Positions 60,485 through 64,000 of a stretch of DNA of 64,000 nucleotides are shown piece after piece. Below the pieces are notes generated by a model that saw only the letters and a program-made list of their open reading frames with translations, was not told the DNA's origin and searched no databases. A program made the translations under genes and the position numbers. The stretch spans positions 233,145 through 297,144 of the forward strand of contig JAFKKN010000001.1 of assembly GCA_017305535.1 (NCBI GenBank), in the 5' to 3' direction. This DNA comes from Hyphomicrobiales bacterium. Lineage in GTDB: Bacteria; Pseudomonadota; Alphaproteobacteria; Rhizobiales; Xanthobacteraceae. The stretch's first letter is position 1. Each line of letters starts with the position of its first letter.

Positions 60485-61135
60485 TCAGGCCGTGATCTTG
60501 GCCAGCGCGGCGTCGAAAGCTGCCGTCGCCGCAGCAAGATCCTTGAAGGCAAGGCCGGCATCAGCGGGCTGCTTCTGCTTTTCGGTGGCGGTCGGACGAA
60601 TCTCCGCGACGGGCTTGGCACCCGTCAGCAACGCGGCCGGCGCCAGTACGTGAAATTCGTGATCCTCGAGCGGCGCATCCTTGAGCAGGAAGACGCCGAG
60701 ATAGACGGTGTCGTTGCCGCGCCGGTACGAAATGTAACGCTCGATCGCCACCGAGCCGTCGCGCTGCATACCGCCGAGCTTGGCGGAGCCCTTGGAGTCG
60801 AGCAGCTTGTGGGCGCGGAAACCCTTGACGTCGGCCGAGCGCGCCTTCGCCGTCTCCTCGGAGAGATCGTATTTTCCTGCTAGCTCCTTGCCGACGGCGG
60901 CAATCTGGTCGGCGACAGTGTGCTCGAACTCCTTGAGTTCGGTGCGCGGCTTGGCGATGCGGTTCGGCTTCAACGCGTTGCGCGTTTCAAGCACCGCCTT
61001 GCATTTGGCGGCCAGATCGTCGGCGGATTTGCGCTCCGCGTTGCCGAGCAGATTCTTCAACTCGGGGGTGGAAAGAGCCTCAAGCCGCTCGTCGGTCCAT
61101 TCATACATTACAGCCGCGTTTCCATTTTCTGACAC
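60485..61135 (-). CDS. Hypothetical protein
   Basis: 216-aa ORF with good GC-rich codon usage. I recognise no family. The start is ambiguous (GTG 61135 or ATG 61108). Confidence 0.55.
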   Translation of the reverse strand: MSENGNAAVMYEWTDERLEALSTPELKNLLGNAERKSADDLAAKCKAVLETRNALKPNRIAKPRTELKEFEHTVADQIAAVGKELAGKYDLSEETAKARSADVKGFRAHKLLDSKGSAKLGGMQRDGSVAIERYISYRRGNDTVYLGVFLLKDAPLEDHEFHVLAPAALLTGAKPVAEIRPTATEKQKQPADAGLAFKDLAAATAAFDAALAKITA

Positions 61136-61348
61136 GGAACGACGGCGTCCCGCCCGATCATCCTACCGTGTTTTACCGTCAAGGGGAAACCGGAACGCGC
61201 CAGAAATAATGCGTCAAAACAAAACGATAGATTGCGCCTCGATACGCTTGCTGGTCCGCAGGGCGAAAACCGCACGATCGACCTGCCCCGCCTGACGCTC
61301 ATTTTGGCCCGCCCGCCGGTTGACCTGCCGGTCCGGTCGGCTAGTATT

Positions 61349-61366
61349 GTTATGTTATAACATTAC
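61349..61366. promoter_or_regulatory. Zur-box-like palindrome
   Basis: GTTATGTTATAACATTAC is an 18-bp palindrome with one mismatch and core ATGTTATAACAT. It sits 16 nt upstream of the COG0523 GTPase start, in an otherwise GC-rich region. Confidence 0.7.
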
Positions 61367-61381
61367 AGATTGGATCAATCG

Positions 61382-62590
61382 ATGAAACGTCTGCCGGTCA
61401 CGGTGCTGTCGGGATTTCTCGGCGCGGGGAAGACCACCCTTCTCAATCACGTCCTCTGCAACCGTGAGGGTCTGCGCGTGGCGGTGATTGTCAACGACAT
61501 GAGCGAGGTGAATATCGACGCCGCGCTGGTGCGTGACGGCGGCGCTCAACTGAGCCGTCAGGAAGAGCGGTTGGTGGAGATGTCGAATGGCTGCATTTGC
61601 TGCACGTTACGAGACGATCTTCTCAAGGAAGTCGAAGCTCTCGCCCGCGAGGACCGGTTTGATTACCTGCTGATCGAGTCGACAGGCATCTCCGAACCGA
61701 TGCCGGTGGCCGCTACCTTCGCCTTTGAGGACGAGAGCGGCCACAGCCTTTCCAGCATCGCACGTCTGGACACCATGGTCACCGTGGTGGACGCCCGCAA
61801 TTTCCTCGCGGACACCGCGTCCCGCGATCTGCTGGCGGATCGCGACCGTGCGGCGGGTGACGGTGACGATCGGGCCGTAGCAGAACTCCTGATCGACCAG
61901 ATCGAGTTCGCCGACGTGATCGTCGTCAACAAGATCGATCTGGTGACGCAGCCGGAGCGCGACCTGCTGCTGTGCAGCCTTCGGCAGCTCAATCCCGACG
62001 CCGAAATCATCTTCAGTGAATTTGGGAGAATTTCCCTCGATCACATTCTGAATACGGGGAAATTCTCCTATGAGCGGGCCAGTCAATCGGCCGGCTGGCT
62101 CCAGGAACTGGAGGGACGTCACCACGCCCCGGAGACGGAGGAATACGGTTTCCGCAGCTTCGTCTATCGGGCGCGGCGGCCATTTCATCCTGAGCGCTTC
62201 CACCGCTTCATCACCGCGGAATGGCCCGGCGTGATCCGCGCCAAGGGCTTCTTCTGGCTGGCGTCACGGATGGAATTCGCCGGATCGCTGTCGCGCGCCG
62301 GGGCCATCGTCCGGCACGAGCCGGCCGGCGTGTGGTGGGCTGCGACGGACAAGGACCGCTGGCCTGCCGATCCGCAATGGCGTGCCGGCGTGCTGAGCAA
62401 CTGGGACGAACGTTACGGCGACCGACGGCAGGAAATTGTCATCATCGGCGGTCCGGCAATGGATCAGGCGGCGATGACGCGCGCGCTGGACGCCTGTTTG
62501 TTGACCGGAACGGAAATGACGCTCGGGCCCAAGCGGTGGACCGGGCTGCGCGATCCATTCCCCGGCTGGCGGCGCGGGGCGGCGGCGTGA
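61382..62590 (+). CDS. COG0523/CobW-family G3E GTPase (putative zinc metallochaperone)
   Basis: Walker [12 protein letters not shown], metal motif GCICCT and a CobW C-terminal domain. Start at ATG 61382. Confidence 0.88.
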   Translation: MKRLPVTVLSGFLGAGKTTLLNHVLCNREGLRVAVIVNDMSEVNIDAALVRDGGAQLSRQEERLVEMSNGCICCTLRDDLLKEVEALAREDRFDYLLIESTGISEPMPVAATFAFEDESGHSLSSIARLDTMVTVVDARNFLADTASRDLLADRDRAAGDGDDRAVAELLIDQIEFADVIVVNKIDLVTQPERDLLLCSLRQLNPDAEIIFSEFGRISLDHILNTGKFSYERASQSAGWLQELEGRHHAPETEEYGFRSFVYRARRPFHPERFHRFITAEWPGVIRAKGFFWLASRMEFAGSLSRAGAIVRHEPAGVWWAATDKDRWPADPQWRAGVLSNWDERYGDRRQEIVIIGGPAMDQAAMTRALDACLLTGTEMTLGPKRWTGLRDPFPGWRRGAAA

Positions 62591-62793
62591 CATCGCTGCT
62601 CCGCGAACTGTTCGACGCGATGCGGCGCGCACCGGACCACCGCGCGCCGACGGGGCACTGTTTGCGCGCGGTCACCGACGCGGAGCTGGATTCCGCCGTC
62701 GCGGCATCCGGACTGCCGCCTTGCGGTGATGCGGATTGCACCTGCGGAGGCGAAGGGTTGGTCTACCGCCCGCGCCGTCGCAACGCTCCCTGA
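62587..62793 (+). CDS. Possible small Cys-containing ORF translationally coupled to the COG0523 gene
   Basis: GTG 62587 overlaps the upstream stop (GTGA). 68 codons with GC-rich third positions, ending ...[26 protein letters not shown] recognise no homology. Confidence 0.3.
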   Translation: MTSLLRELFDAMRRAPDHRAPTGHCLRAVTDAELDSAVAASGLPPCGDADCTCGGEGLVYRPRRRNAP

Positions 62794-62814
62794 GGTCGCG
62801 CGCGCGGCTTCCGC

Positions 62815-64000
<1,186 letters not shown>

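Overview
High-GC alphaproteobacterial chromosome segment. Gene order (acpP/fabG/fabD, rpsF-rpsR-rplI, dnaB-alr-radA-cvpA-purF, der, panB, prfC, guaA/guaB), several LivK-type binding proteins and GTCCCCGC..GCGGGGAC intergenic palindromes suggest a Bradyrhizobiaceae/Nitrobacteraceae relative (Rhodopseudomonas/Bradyrhizobium-like). That assignment is inference only. Roughly 0-43 kb and 56-64 kb are ordinary housekeeping, transport and metabolism genes. The accessory part is about 43.2-55.9 kb. It holds a block of orphan exported proteins, a TPR-gene remnant, a SAM methyltransferase, a decayed IS5-family transposase, and a complete type II-C CRISPR-Cas9 locus followed by a vapBC toxin-antitoxin pair. 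The CRISPR locus has 38 copies of a 36-bp repeat and 37 spacers at 47613-50084, with cas2, cas1 and cas9 on the minus strand at 50157-54813. A divergently encoded tracrRNA candidate lies at about 54992-55088. Its anti-repeat and terminator imply that crRNAs are made from the plus strand, convergent with the cas operon. Other regulatory elements read directly from the sequence are a tandem-ACGR-hairpin guanidine-II (mini-ykkC) riboswitch before the SMR exporter gene at 31489, and a Zur-box palindrome before a COG0523 GTPase at 61382. There are also REP/MITE-like palindromic doublets and several clear intrinsic terminators. I recognised no tRNA or rRNA genes. I found no gene set I can defend as a wholly new kind of system. 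The points most worth follow-up are in the CRISPR locus: the orientation and possible repeat-internal promoters, a 40-bp palindrome in the leader-like gap, an array end that abuts a truncated IS, a 24-bp spacer, and two in-register related spacers. The orphan gene block beside the locus is also worth a look. All calls come from reading the sequence and ORF translations by eye; no searches or computations were run.
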